A stretch of 62,887 nt of DNA, counting the filler, from Octopus bimaculoides (lineage: Eukaryota), in NCBI RefSeq assembly GCF_001194135.2. It is 8 parts of 8 records of this genome, joined end to end, with 100 filler letters (N's around TTAATTAATTAA, not from the genome) between each part and the next. Parts side by side here need not be neighbours in the genome. Positions count along the whole stretch, not along the records: positions 1 to 18,913 come from NC_068988.1; 7 more parts are not named here. One strand, 5' to 3'. Below the pieces are notes generated by a model, which saw only the letters and a list, made by a program, of their open reading frames with translations, made no database searches and was not told where the DNA came from. Both the position numbers and the translations under genes were made by a program. Positions 1 through 12,570 of this stretch are shown here, piece by piece (within the stretch, counting starts at the first letter, position 1; the number at the start of each line of letters is the position of its first letter).

Positions 1-88
1 TATATATATATATATAACTATATGAATATACATATATATAAAGGTATACCAATGAATATATATATATAAATATATATATAAATACATA

Positions 89-138
<50 letters not shown>

Positions 139-225
139 CATATATATATACATATATATACATATATATACATATATATATATAGATAGATATATATATA
201 TATACATGTGTACATATTTATTTAT
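1..225. repeat. compound (TA)n/(CA)n microsatellite
   Basis: Directly visible dinucleotide repeats; many similar tracts throughout the window and at most gap edges. Confidence 0.95.
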
Positions 226-1209
226 ATTTATATATACGCATCCACATATATATGTTTGAATGAGGTATCTATGTTTAATTTCGCCTAATAATGTCATTGC
301 ATCTTATTGAAAATAGTTGTAAGTTAAACCGATTGTCCCAAGAATTTCTTAGTATTCAATCCGATTTTATATCGGGATAACGCCCTGCTATTTCTACCAT
401 CTTCTTCGTATATTTTAGCTATATAGTTTAGAATTACAGCTTAGGAATTATAGTTGGCATTAAATTACTGTGATGGATTATTTATCAGTAGAAACTTCTA
501 TTAATAGTAATAAAAGTATTTGTTTAAAAATGTTAAGAAGTCATTAAATACAAAATATAATATTCAGCAAGTGACATACGCAAGCATTGCTGAATGCGTA
601 AATGACTAGAATACAGACGTTTTAGTACACGATGTATATGGCCTACATTCCATCTTGTCATATATCTTATTCTTGTCATTAAACCTATTCATAAGTGACT
701 AGTTCGGAATTACCTTATCTATTATACCAACTCCCTTTAAAAGTCGATGGTTACGTATGCATAAAATGTACATATTACGTATATATGTTTATCAATTATG
801 CAGCTTCAAGAGTAGAAAAAGAAATATAATTATGATGCTTACATAAATATTTTTCGAGATATAATTTATGTAATTTGAATGGAGATGTCAGATATAAAAT
901 ATATACCTAGTGTGAGTAAAACTATGATCAAAGGAGGTCCATTGTTAATCATCAGAGAAAGAGAACAAGTGTTCATGCATATTTTAGGGGGTCATTTCAG
1001 AGAGTAGCACTAGTTCATTTATATATCCTTCGTTAGTAAACTTAATTGAATGTCATGTGATTGACATTAGGCTGTTTTTATTAAAGATTGAGCAATCGCT
1101 TAGAGGTTTCCACGTCCTGAATAACAATTGAAATGAGTATCAGAGTGTCTGCTTGCATACATACTTATGCCCACCGCTTATAAAATATATATTTATATAT
1201 ATTTTCCAG

Positions 1210-1296
1210 GGAAAAATACAGAGGCGGAGAATTTATAAAGAAAGGCTACAACTACGTGAAGAAACAATTTTTCTTCAATCGATGACAAACCGAAAA
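1210..1296 (+). CDS. candidate coding exon, unidentified (GKIQRRRIYKERLQLREETIFLQSMTNRK)
   Basis: ttttccag acceptor ending 1209, gtaagc donor at 1297; 87 nt with exactly one open frame. No family recognised. Confidence 0.3.
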
Positions 1297-1750
1297 GTAA
1301 GCAACAACCAGTGTATGTGATTTATTAGCAAAATAACCATCTTCCTCTATTTCCCTCTCTGTCTTTTTCTCTCTATCTCACTGCACACAAACGCGTGCGC
1401 ACATATCCATTACAGTTTATGCACTCTTCATTGCCACCATATAATAAATGAAGCATTCCAGTATCTAAATTCATGAATCACATTATACAAAACATCCAGG
1501 CTATGTAGATACATATCGGCTTTAGACAGGAGGATGTGTATTTTCTTTTATTTCAGTCTCCATCATCGTTTTCTGACTAGCAGACCAGTTAAAATTACAT
1601 TCCAAGTCATTCCCATAAAAGTAGTTTACCAGTAACAGGCTATATGTCTCTCTCTGTTTATCTCACTTTGAAGTGACAATGGAAACAATTGTCTACAGTA
1701 AAAACATGCATTATATTCTCAAACACTCTATACAAACACTGTATATACAC

Positions 1751-1814
<64 letters not shown>

Positions 1815-2479
1815 ATGTATGTATATATGCATATATGCATCTATATAGATTGACTGCAACTCCATTTCGATTAACACCTTTACCTGACGGTTCTTATAAA
1901 CACGAGGAGCAGCACAGGTATGCCAATAAGGACTGCCTCTCCCGAAAAGTGTTCAGAGCTTATCATCTACGCCTTCATTCCATCATGGAATTTGTCGTTG
2001 AGTCTTTGGACGGTTATACCTACAGCAAGCTATAATAAGCAATATATATATATTAGAGGTGACAAAGACAATGTGATGTCTGTGCCTGAAGTAAGAAAGG
2101 CATTCCACACTGTCAATCCCCCCCTCTTTAAAAAACATTTGTGTTTGACGGAAGAAAAGAACTTACACATATTGAGAATAAATCATCCTAGGAAGATGTT
2201 TTAGTAAAGACAATGTATGTTTTTCATTCTCAGCTTCTGCATAATCTCACTGACAGAATTTGTTTCCTCGTCCCACCGGACTTCCAACAAGATCCACTCT
2301 CTTTACGAAATAGATTTAGTAAGGTCGTCGGTTTAGTCACTGATGGTGAAAACATTAACGAGTTGTACTGTGTTGTTTCCTGCCACGAACAGCATTAAAA
2401 TTGACCCGATACAATACTTATCTAAAAGGATTAAAAGATGATGCACCAGCCATAAGTATATAGTTGACGGTCTTCCTGA

Positions 2480-2590
2480 TTCTGTGGCGTATAAAACTGC
2501 ACCGGAACGCCGGGTGAGTGTACAAAGCGCTCAACAAAACACGGCAACGCTCGGTCCAGGAATCGAATTTACAAAGTAATAATCATGAAT
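2480..2590 (-). mobile_element. degenerate tRNA-derived SINE head fragment
   Basis: Minus strand reads ...attcgattcctggaccgagcgttgccgtgttttgttgagcg..., resembling the B-box-following region of the SINE at 57330. Confidence 0.45.
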
Positions 2591-2638
2591 GCAATACTCT
2601 AACCACGAAGCCACGATCCTCCACAATGTGTGTGTGTG

Positions 2639-2711
<73 letters not shown>

Positions 2712-3152
2712 TTTGTCAAAGGGTGGAAGAGGTCATTAGCAGTCAACGATCATCAAACAATATGTGTACAGATGTATGAATGCATGTATGTATGGGCGGG
2801 GACGTGGAAATATATGAGTTGGTGTCCAGGCGCATAGTTGGCTCCTTTGAGAGGAAATCTGCGACACTGACAAAATTCGATGATGTAGACTAGTTCTTAT
2901 TTTAGAGTTTATGCTGTCCATGTTCAGAGAGTGGCATTGGATTTGTACAAATCCTTTCCCATCTATACAAAAATCATCATGTACAGACATCGCTTAAAAA
3001 AGTAAAACCTATTACAAAAATAACTGGTCGTAACTTTCGCATGTGTGGGACCTAGGCTCAAGCGATGGCAATACTAGAACACGAGTTTTCAACATTCATA
3101 CATATATGTATACATACATACATACATGCATACATATATCTTTGTATGTATG

Positions 3153-3183
<31 letters not shown>

Positions 3184-4991
3184 GTATGTATGTATGCTTG
3201 TATATATGGATCACTCAATATTTATATTTCCTATTATGTATCAAGATGATCACTAATAAAATTTCTATTAATATGTTAGCATTTTATTGTAGTTCCTACT
3301 GTAGAATTGCCTGAACAAAAGCTTTGTAAACGGTTTGAATTATTCAATCTAAAATTATAGACAATAGTTTTGACTTATATCAAATAAGCTAATCTTTTAC
3401 ATCAGAAAGTGGTTGACAGTCATCAACCTATTACTGTTATTATATGACAGATTTGTGAAATCATAAAATAATGTATAAATGAACGTTTAGAAATAAAATA
3501 TAATACCAAATACAATAAAATTGAAAATTGTATATATTCATAAATTTGGTGTCTAAAGTGTTCATCATGTGGTCTCTTTAACACATCGCATACAGACACA
3601 AAATCATGATAGACAGAACGATGTACGCAAAACTACACACGTACATGCATATATGCATAAATGATTTTGAAAATATCGGAAGAAAGTTCAAACACATCTG
3701 GTATTATGCATTTTAGTTTGATGAAGGGTCTGGATAAGATAGAATATATATCACAGGAAATTATTCCAAAGTTGAATAGTTATACTCCGAAGATAAATAG
3801 AACCCTAACTGTCGCAGCCGTATAATCATTGGAAATGTTAAACTGGAATACTTACAGGAGAATCTTATTGGATTAGTTGCATCGTTTTTCATAATTTGCA
3901 GTAAAAATCATGTCTTAAACTGTATCATCTCTTAAACTGTTTTAACAGTTTCGATTCTTCTCTGAAGACATGTGAATTGTGTTTTTTGTTCGACATTTAC
4001 AATAAACTATCTCAGGTATTAATGACTTCGTCAGAGAAAGAGAACTAGCTTTCATGAATATTTTAGGGGGCTTCGAGTTTGTTATACAGAGGAAGGGATC
4101 TGTCCTCAAACTAGAAACTTGTCCGACTGTTTTCAGCAGAATGCAGTTTGATAAAGGCATCTATCGCTTAACATTTGTGACGTCAACGAAAATAGAAAGC
4201 TTAACGTTGAATAATAGGCGCAGTTCTTCTCCGATGACTTCCACTCAGGGTACTTAACACACTTTCAGTTTGAAGGGTTTGAATGACTTGTTTTGGTCAG
4301 ATAAACCTTCTGTGTGGGCGGCATCGTGGATCCAAGCCAGAACCATAGGGACAACACTTCCTAAATTTACAGCAACGCTTAGACCTCATTCAATACATTA
4401 CAAATGGATACATGTTTATTCTTCAACTGAATAAAATTATTTAAATTTGCTATCCATACATTTTGACACCACGCAATTTCAATTGAAAGCAATGGCTTCT
4501 GTACAGGTAATAATCTCATTTTCAATTATTCATAGTGTTCTCAGCATTTATGTAATTTATTTGCATTTGGTGCAGGTATAATTATTAAAAAAACATTGTA
4601 TTATATAAGGTTACACTTATAATTCTGAGTTGGAAATTTATTGATAGTAATTAAAGGGGTTTTATTTTTTCAATACGACCACCGCTTTGATCCTTTAACT
4701 TGATTGCTCTCTATTTCATCATCATGTGTCTCTTTCTTCACTTCTCGCATTTGATCACTTCTTATGTGCAAATACATACGTTATATATNNNNNNNNNNNN
4801 NNNNNNNNNNNNNNNNNNNNNNNNNNNNNNNNNNNNNNNNNNNNNNNNNNNNNNNNNNNNNNNNNNNNNNNNNNNNNNNNNNNNNNNNNNNNNNNNNNNN
4901 NNNNNNNNNNNNNNNNNNNNNNNNNNNNNNNNNNNNNNNNNNNNNNNNNNNNNNNNNNNNNNNNNNNNNNNNNNNNNNNNNNNNNNNNNNN

Positions 4992-5023
<32 letters not shown>

Positions 5024-5049
5024 ATATAATATGTGACAATTATTCGGTT

Positions 5050-5119
5050 GCCATAATAAAACTCCGAGCTTCGCATGTCGGGCGGAAATCTGGTCCGGCA
5101 TCTCGTCAGTTACTAAGAC
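5050..5119 (-). ncRNA. degenerate minimal type I hammerhead ribozyme motif (Penelope pLTR)
   Basis: Minus strand: GTCT-TAGTAA-CTGACGA-GATG...CATGC-GAAG-CTCGGAG-TT-TTATTA-TGGC; GAAA core changed to GAAG. Confidence 0.6.
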
Positions 5120-6292
5120 AAACAAAAATGCTAGGAAATTAACTGTTAAACAAAGGGAAATTACTATGTTAATGACCGTTAATAAGACAAACAAAAGAGC
5201 TATTAGAATGACCGTTAAATAAAAGAAAAAACCCGAAGGGGAGAAACTAAAACAACGCACATAGAGTTCGCGCATGCGCGCCTGTAATCCATACACATGC
5301 GCGTACGCACACCCACGTACATATACCTATATGTTTATGCTCACTCACACTCGCGTGAAAGACATAAATGCACACACACACACACACATATATGTGCACA
5401 TATATATGTAACCATACATATGTACACATATATGCATCAGCACACACGCATACACACGCATACACACACACCTACACTTACCCATACGCGCATAATTATA
5501 TTCATACATACGTCTAAAATACGCATATGCCATATAAGCATTTGCTCACACTCGCGTAAAACACATGCATGCACACTCACACACACACACACCTATACGT
5601 ATACATATATATGCAACCATACACACGTACGTCAAAGAAATATGTGGGCCTCACAGAGGGAATTTTAAAGCCAGTTTCAACAATCACACCTTGAACTTCA
5701 GGCACTGGGATAAAAGAAAAACAACCAAATTATCCAGTCATATATGGTCCTTAAAAGAAAAAGGTGTCAATTACAACATCCATTGGAAGATCTTAGCCAA
5801 GTGTAAGCCTTACACCAACGGCAGTGGAAAGGGCGGTCTTTGTAAAATGGAAAGATGGCTCATTTGGAAAAGCAGCTTAAACCACGCTACATGTCTAAAT
5901 TCAAAAACTGAACTGTTTGGATGTGACTAAATACTTGTTACGTTTTTGGTTCCCTCAGGATTACAGATACAACCCGCTTTTTATATTGTGTCCATGCAGT
6001 AGCATTTTATCTCTCTATATTTTTAAATATATATTTTTACATATTTTTATATATATTTTTATTGCTGTAAATATTCTTACATATTTTTTCAGTATATTGC
6101 CTTTCACCCTGCATTTTTTGTGCATGTCCGTATATAGACGTGTATATGAATATATTTGTGTGCGTATACGCGAATAATGCGCTCATACGCGAATAATGCG
6201 CGCATACACGAATTATATGAACGTGTTTTACTTCCTCCCCTTCTGGTTTTCCCCCCCTTTGTTTAACGGTCATTTTCATAGGATTTTTGTTT

Positions 6293-6363
6293 GTCTTAAT
6301 AACTGACGAGATGCCGGTGCAGATTTCCGCCACGACATCCGAAACTCGGAGATTTATTATGGC
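6293..6363 (+). ncRNA. degenerate minimal type I hammerhead ribozyme motif (Penelope pLTR)
   Basis: GTCT-TAATAA-CTGACGA-GATG...CATCC-GAAA-CTCGGAG-AT-TTATTA-TGGC; helix I TAATAA/TTATTA, intact CUGANGA and GAAA, but U16.1 is A. Confidence 0.65.
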
Positions 6364-6461
6364 AAACGAATAATTTTCACAAATTATATTACAGAAAAAT
6401 TCCTGTTTTTACATGATATCGATGTCTCATTCATTCTGTTATTGTCATACTATTTCTAGTA

Positions 6462-6539
<78 letters not shown>

Positions 6540-7764
6540 NNNNNNNNNNNNNNNNNNNNNNNNNNNNNNNNNNNNNNNNNNNNNNNNNNNNNNNNNNNNN
6601 NNNNNNNNNNNNNNNNNNNNNNNNNNNNNNNNNNNNNNNNNNNNNNNNNNNNNNNNNNNNNNNNNNNNNNNNNNNNNNNNNNNNNNNNNNNNNNNNNNNN
6701 NNNNNNNNNNNNNNNNNNNNNNNNNNNNNNNNNNNNNNNNNNNNNNNNNNNNNNNNNNNNNNNNNNNNNNNNNNNNNNNNNNNNNNNNNNNNNNNNNNNN
6801 NNNNNNNNNNNNNNNNNNNNNNNNNNNNNNNNNNNNNNNNNNNNNNNNNNNNNNNNNNNNNNNNNNNNNNNNNNNNNNNNNNNNNNNNNNNNNNNNNNNN
6901 NNNNNNNNNNNNNNNNNNNNNNNNNNNNNNNNNNNNNNNNNNNNNNNNNNNNNNNNNNNNNNNNATATATATATATATATATATATGAATGTATGTATGA
7001 ATGTATATGCATCTATGTGTGAGTAATGTATGCGTACAATTGCACACACATGCACGCATATACATTTAGACAGGTAAATAGATACATATTTATATATATG
7101 TGTCAGTGTGTGTGTGTGGGGGGAGGAGTGAGTGTGTGGGTGTGCGCGGGTGTGTGTGCTTGTGTTTGTGTAATTATATACCCTGGAATAAGCAGCTTAT
7201 TTATAGCATTAGTTTTTCTCACCGTTGACGAATTAATCAAATAAAACTTCCAATGAAAGCGGGAAACGAAGTGAACCATCTATCACAAACAGACAGATGA
7301 AATCTCAAACAATGGAGAGAAAATGAGTTTATGCTAAACACAAATAAACGTAGCTATATATATATGAACAAGTTTCCTCATATAGACTAGAATTTCACTT
7401 TTCTAAAACTGTATGTACAACGACTGGTCGAAATTTTTTTAAATGTTTACACCTATGAAATATACGTATTAAATTTGAAGTGCTAGAAATTGAAGTTGTA
7501 TTCCCAAACAATTACTCACTATCACCTTGAGTAAGGATAAATAGGTTATTGTAATCTGAGACAGAGATTATGCTTAAAATTGACGGCATAAGAAGCAACC
7601 TCAAAAAAGAGAGTACTATTTTGATTTAGAGATATTAGTCTGTGAGTAGGACGTAAAGTGGTTCAGTTGAGCAAAGGCCTATCGGTGTAAGATCAGCTCA
7701 TGAATCTGTCATATGCGTTGGGGATGATGAGAAAGTGAGAAATATTTATAAATTCTTTTTCTGC

Positions 7765-7870
7765 TTATTTTACTTGTTTCAGTCGTTTGACTGTAGCCAT
7801 ACTGGGTCACCGTCTTAAAGGGTTTTAGTGGAAGAAATCGACCCCAGGACTTGTTCTTTTAAGCTTAGAC
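7765..7870 (-). mobile_element. SINE family C 3' tail fragment
   Basis: Minus strand ends gacggtgacccagtatggctacagtcaaacgactgaaacaagtaaaa, same tail as 46150-46300 and 54455-54630. Confidence 0.75.
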
Positions 7871-8760
7871 ACACGCATACTCACAAATATGTGTGTTTGT
7901 TTGTGTGTGTGAGTATTAGTGTGTGTGTGTGTGTGTGTATGTGGGTATGAGTGTGCATGTGCATGTGTGTATACATATACACATCTATCTATATATTGAT
8001 AGATAGATAAATAGAAAGTGAGAGGGAAAGACAGAGAAGCAAGGAGAGAGATGTATTGAGAGATTAGGAGGGAAAGAAAAGAAGAAAAAATAAAATAACT
8101 TCGAAGAAAGATTCCAAACAGAATTCCTTCGGGATGGGAACCTTGATAATTTCACGCTAAGGATGTAGTTTACTGCTTCGATGTTTTACATGAATATTGA
8201 TCTTATATCTCAGTATTTATGGTGATGTATATATGTATTTATCAGTGAGCCCGATCTGTACAACTTTAGGAAGTCAGTAAATTAGTAGTTTACAAAAGTT
8301 TACACACATAAAATGAAATTGAATCGTCTAAAAATCTTATTCACCGTAATATCGTCTCTACATTCTCTTTGTCTCTGTATAAAATTATCCGTTATTTAGT
8401 AAAACAGATTTTGCTCTAATTGCATGTGTTGAAATTCATCGTGGATTCTATTCTTGTAAGATGAATGTTAAACAATTGAACTATCCACATAATGTCAATT
8501 ATATGACTAAAATATACATATGCCTATGGAAGTTACACTAAGATAATTGTGTTACCTGGTATTGCATGTACATTGTAACTAACTTTTGTTGACGTAATGC
8601 ATTTACTAAGAAATACCAACATTGTGAAATATATTTACATTCACAAACGAAAATATATTTGACCCAGCAGTCTTTAAAACATTGAAAATGTATAATATTA
8701 ATGAAAAGCACTTTAATTTCAATCATGCTCCAGCTTTGCGATTAATTGTCACTAAGTCAT

Positions 8761-9014
8761 TGTTGTTGGCACTCCGTCGCTTACGACGACGAGGGTTCCA
8801 GTTGATCCGATCAACGGAACAGCCTGCTCGTGAAATTAACGTGCAAGTGGCTGAGCACTCCCCAGACACGTGTACTCTTAACGTAGTTCTCGGGGATATT
8901 CAGCGTGACACAATGTGACAAGGCTGTGACAAGGCTGTGACAAGGTCTGGGAATCGAAACCGCGATCCTATAACTGCAAGTCCGCTGCCCTAACCACTGG
9001 GCCATTGCGCCTCC
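8761..9014 (-). mobile_element. tRNA-derived SINE family B, internally deleted
   Basis: Head GGAGGCGCAATGGCCCAGTGGTTAGG (A box) ... GGTTTCGATTCC (B box); tail ...gacggagtgcc(aac)n; homologous to 47409-47746. Confidence 0.88.
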
Positions 9015-11508
9015 GACACTAAGTCATGTACAAAAAAAAAAAAAAGACAAAAAACAACCCTAAAACAGGAAAAGAAGAAATAATAAAATGGAGTATTATG
9101 AGATTTAGAAATGCATTTTCCGATACATAAGGACATTGCATAACGAAAGATGTTGGAGAGGTTGTTTAGCTCCATGTTAAACCCAAGGTAGTCTTAAGTG
9201 TGAATGTCCTGTTTTGTGCATCTATTACAACACTATTTGCTGTTACCTTCCCATTTAAAGCTGCAGGTATGATATAAATCAGATATGGCTGTTGTTTCGA
9301 GTGCTTAAATCCAGTATATACAAGGCGCCTTTATATCTTAACGTGCATCTACATATATTTTTTGATAATACGCGTGGATACTGAAGGATGTTGGTGTGAT
9401 TAAATATGGTGGTTACTTTTCACACACATATACACATATACACATACGTAATATACATATATTGTACAGCTGTTACATGATCGAGCCTCGATCATATTGT
9501 TTGATCCGATTTTAATTGATCAGTCTTATATAATGTGTAAGCAGTGCGTATCTTCTAAAATCCCTACATACAAATATCATAAACAGATCTCCAAAAGACA
9601 ATTATCCTTCTTCCTCACTGATAACCCGTTTCTGAAATTAGTTTCTGTTTGTACAAAACACCAGTCGATGTAGCTATTTCAGTTAAATCAGCGGAATTCT
9701 TGCCTTGTCATATCAATCCCAAGGATCTATCTACTTATGTATATTAGCTGCTGGCAGGAAGGACGAATTATATAATGCGATGCTGCATACATTTAAAATG
9801 ACAGATTGGCTCACAGATGGTATATGTTGATAATAATATGATTACAATTCACCTTAGGTTAAATGGCGAAAATTACACGATTTTGGGGGAAGTAAAATAT
9901 TTATCAGCTTTTTAAGTAGTTGTATTGATATTAATGTCTCTAAAATGAGTTCCTATTTGTTCATTTCCTGGGTTTACTCATTAGACTCAAGCTTTCTTGT
10001 GACACAACATTCATGAAGTTTAATCGGTTACATGGTGTCCAGTATTTCGTCAGACAATACATCTATTCGTTAGTAACACCACTTGACACCTAGGTACGAT
10101 TGGGCAGTCTACTCTGTTGTATAACTTTCCAACTGTCAGTTCCACAATCAATGCAATCAATTCATGGATGTCATTCTTACTTCTATCACAGACGTTACTA
10201 GGCATGAATATCTGAATCTAAAACAAAAGCAAGAAATCATCAAGTTATAAATGTAAAATATAGGTTTTAAAACAGTACCGAGACCAAAATTCGCTTGGAG
10301 AGGAATCATATTTTATCACATCGATGCTACAATCCACGACTAAATATATCTATAACTGTATTATAGACTGATGTCTATAGACATTTGTCTTTATTGTATT
10401 TTATCTTCAAGGACTGAAAGGAATCCGCCAAGCTAGTTTCAACCCTGTATTGGGATTGCTTCAATGATTTAGTATTTTCATAAGTTGTTAACAAAGCCAT
10501 TTGTAGTATTTGTAGAAGGACGTTACAATAAATCATATGTTTATTGCATTGTGTCACCACAACATGATTAAACGACAGCAGTGTTTATTCTTTCCACAAG
10601 CAGAGTCAAACTCCGGTGAATGGGCTTAAATGATAATGAAACACATTTTCCTTTTTGCATTCCTTATTCTACAAAGCCAACACGACCCAAGATGAAAATG
10701 ATATGTGAATATTTACAATAATAATTACATATCTCATATATACACCCATGCATGCATACATGCATACATAAATACATACGTACATACATAAAAAGAATAA
10801 TAGTTATTTAGTAAACGGAATTGATTCATAATAAAATTGTATACAACACTCACATACACACAGAATTCACATAGATGTGTAATGATGCATATATATAATT
10901 TTCGCTATATATAATTATACATCCCACGCTCCATTCTCTCTCTCAACATTCCCATCTCTCTCTCACTACCTCAGCAATGTATATCATAGCACAGCTTATA
11001 TTTACAAAATAGCAACTTACACAGCTAACTTCGGCAAATCCTACAATTTGATGTTATTTATAGAATATGCAATTGTATTTATACCACAAGATTATACAAC
11101 TAACTTCTCTATATTCTATGTTTCAATATGTTACATAGCGTACAGAAATATTCACAAAGCAACGCTTTTATACAATTAAATTCCAGAGGCTACTTGCGTA
11201 GGATATTCTAGTATTTGTATCATGTTGACAGCGTACAAACAATTACCTTTCATATGCGATGCATTGCCCTTCCCCATGAAATGGAAGCAACAAACAGATA
11301 CTTTAAATAAGCCTCATGGCACACAATATAATTCAAAATTTGTCGGACAGATTCGATATCGTTGTCTTAGATGCTGAATATCCGAGAAAGGTAGGACTGT
11401 AATTATTGGAATATTTTGATTAAATAACTACTACATAGTTACATACACGCATATACATATACATACATAAATACATCGGATACACACATATGTATACATA
11501 CAAACACA

Positions 11509-11539
<31 letters not shown>

Positions 11540-11682
11540 CACACGCACAATATATATATATATATTATAATAAAGGGTAAAATAATTAATAATTTTACCA
11601 GGTGGTCAACGCGGAAATAAAAGCCTCATAGGTAAATTTTACAAAATAATTTATGATTATATACATAATTATAACAATGGAT

Positions 11683-11933
11683 TGGCTTTACGCCTCACCA
11701 CGCACTGTAGAAATAAACGCTAAAAGCCCTATTACCACCTTAAATTCTACGAGAATAACATGCTATATTATATTGTATGCGAGAAAAGAGAAATAATGAA
11801 TCAACCGAAAAGTTGTTGATTCATTATTTTTCTTTTGCTCGCCTGCAATACAGCGTGTTATTCTCGGAGAATTTAAGGTCGTAATAGGGTATTTAGCGTC
11901 TATTTCTACAGTGCGCCTTGAGGCGTAAAGCCA
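11683..11933. repeat. ~250-bp imperfect palindrome (foldback / MITE-like)
   Basis: 11683-11805 is the reverse complement of 11815-11933 with scattered mismatches and a small indel; 9-nt loop; right arm runs into a gap. Confidence 0.9.
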
Positions 11934-11958
11934 NNNNNNNNNNATATGATTATAAAAT

Positions 11959-12004
<46 letters not shown>

Positions 12005-12032
12005 GCACAATATATATCTATATACAATATAT

Positions 12033-12570
12033 TCTTTTATATGTTTCAGTATTGAGGCTGCGTCCATGCTGAGGCGTCGCTATTGTAATCATCTTTTAAT
12101 TGGACAATTCTATGGGTTTGACTTCTGGTCAAGGAGGGAGTTCTATATCGCTGCGCTCTTTTGAGTTTCGTGCCTTGATATTAGTTCATCTGGGATCTTG
12201 GATAGTGAGAGCTCAAGTTGTTTCATGAAAATATCTACTTCCATTCCATAAAGGTCCCTCAGATATTTTGGCAAGGAGATAAATAGCTGTGGGCCCTGGA
12301 ATCCCAAGCTATTGCAGTACATGGTTCTCGACCTAGGTGAGACAGGTGGGACTTTTGGAACAGTGCAGTGACATCTAATTCTAGGTCTGGTATAACTCTC
12401 AATTCCAAAGGTTGGTGCCAGCCTCTCCTTTATCTTCCATACATAATCACTGTGTACCTCTCCCGTATTCGGTCCATAGATTAGAGTCGCAGCTCTTTCA
12501 GTCTCTCGCAGTAGCTCAGCTGGTCCATTGATGCAATCTTTCTCGTGAAGCATCTCTTAAATGTCTTAAA
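12033..12570 (-). mobile_element. CR1-type non-LTR retrotransposon 3' end
   Basis: FKRCFTRKIASMDQLSYCERLKELRL / YVWKIKERLAPTFGI...YCNSLGFQGPQLFISLPKYLRDL...LSKIPDE, frameshifted; typical CR1/L2-group ORF2 C-terminus followed by 3' UTR. Confidence 0.8.

Larger units (their letters stand above)
5021..6392 (+). mobile_element. 5'-truncated Penelope-like element: inverted pseudo-LTR + GIY-YIG endonuclease 3' part + pseudo-LTR
   Basis: 5640-5930 encodes FKASFNNHTLNFRHWDKRKTTKLSSHIWSLKEKGVNYNIHWKILAKCKPYTNGSGKGGLCKMERWLIW...LNSKTEL, typical of the Penelope EN C-terminus; 5021-~5280 is an inverted copy of ~6195-6392. Confidence 0.88.

Noticed and set aside
2213-2440. Minus-strand ILMLFVAGNNT resembling a P450 I-helix
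   Set aside because: In-frame stops follow and no other P450 motif is nearby.
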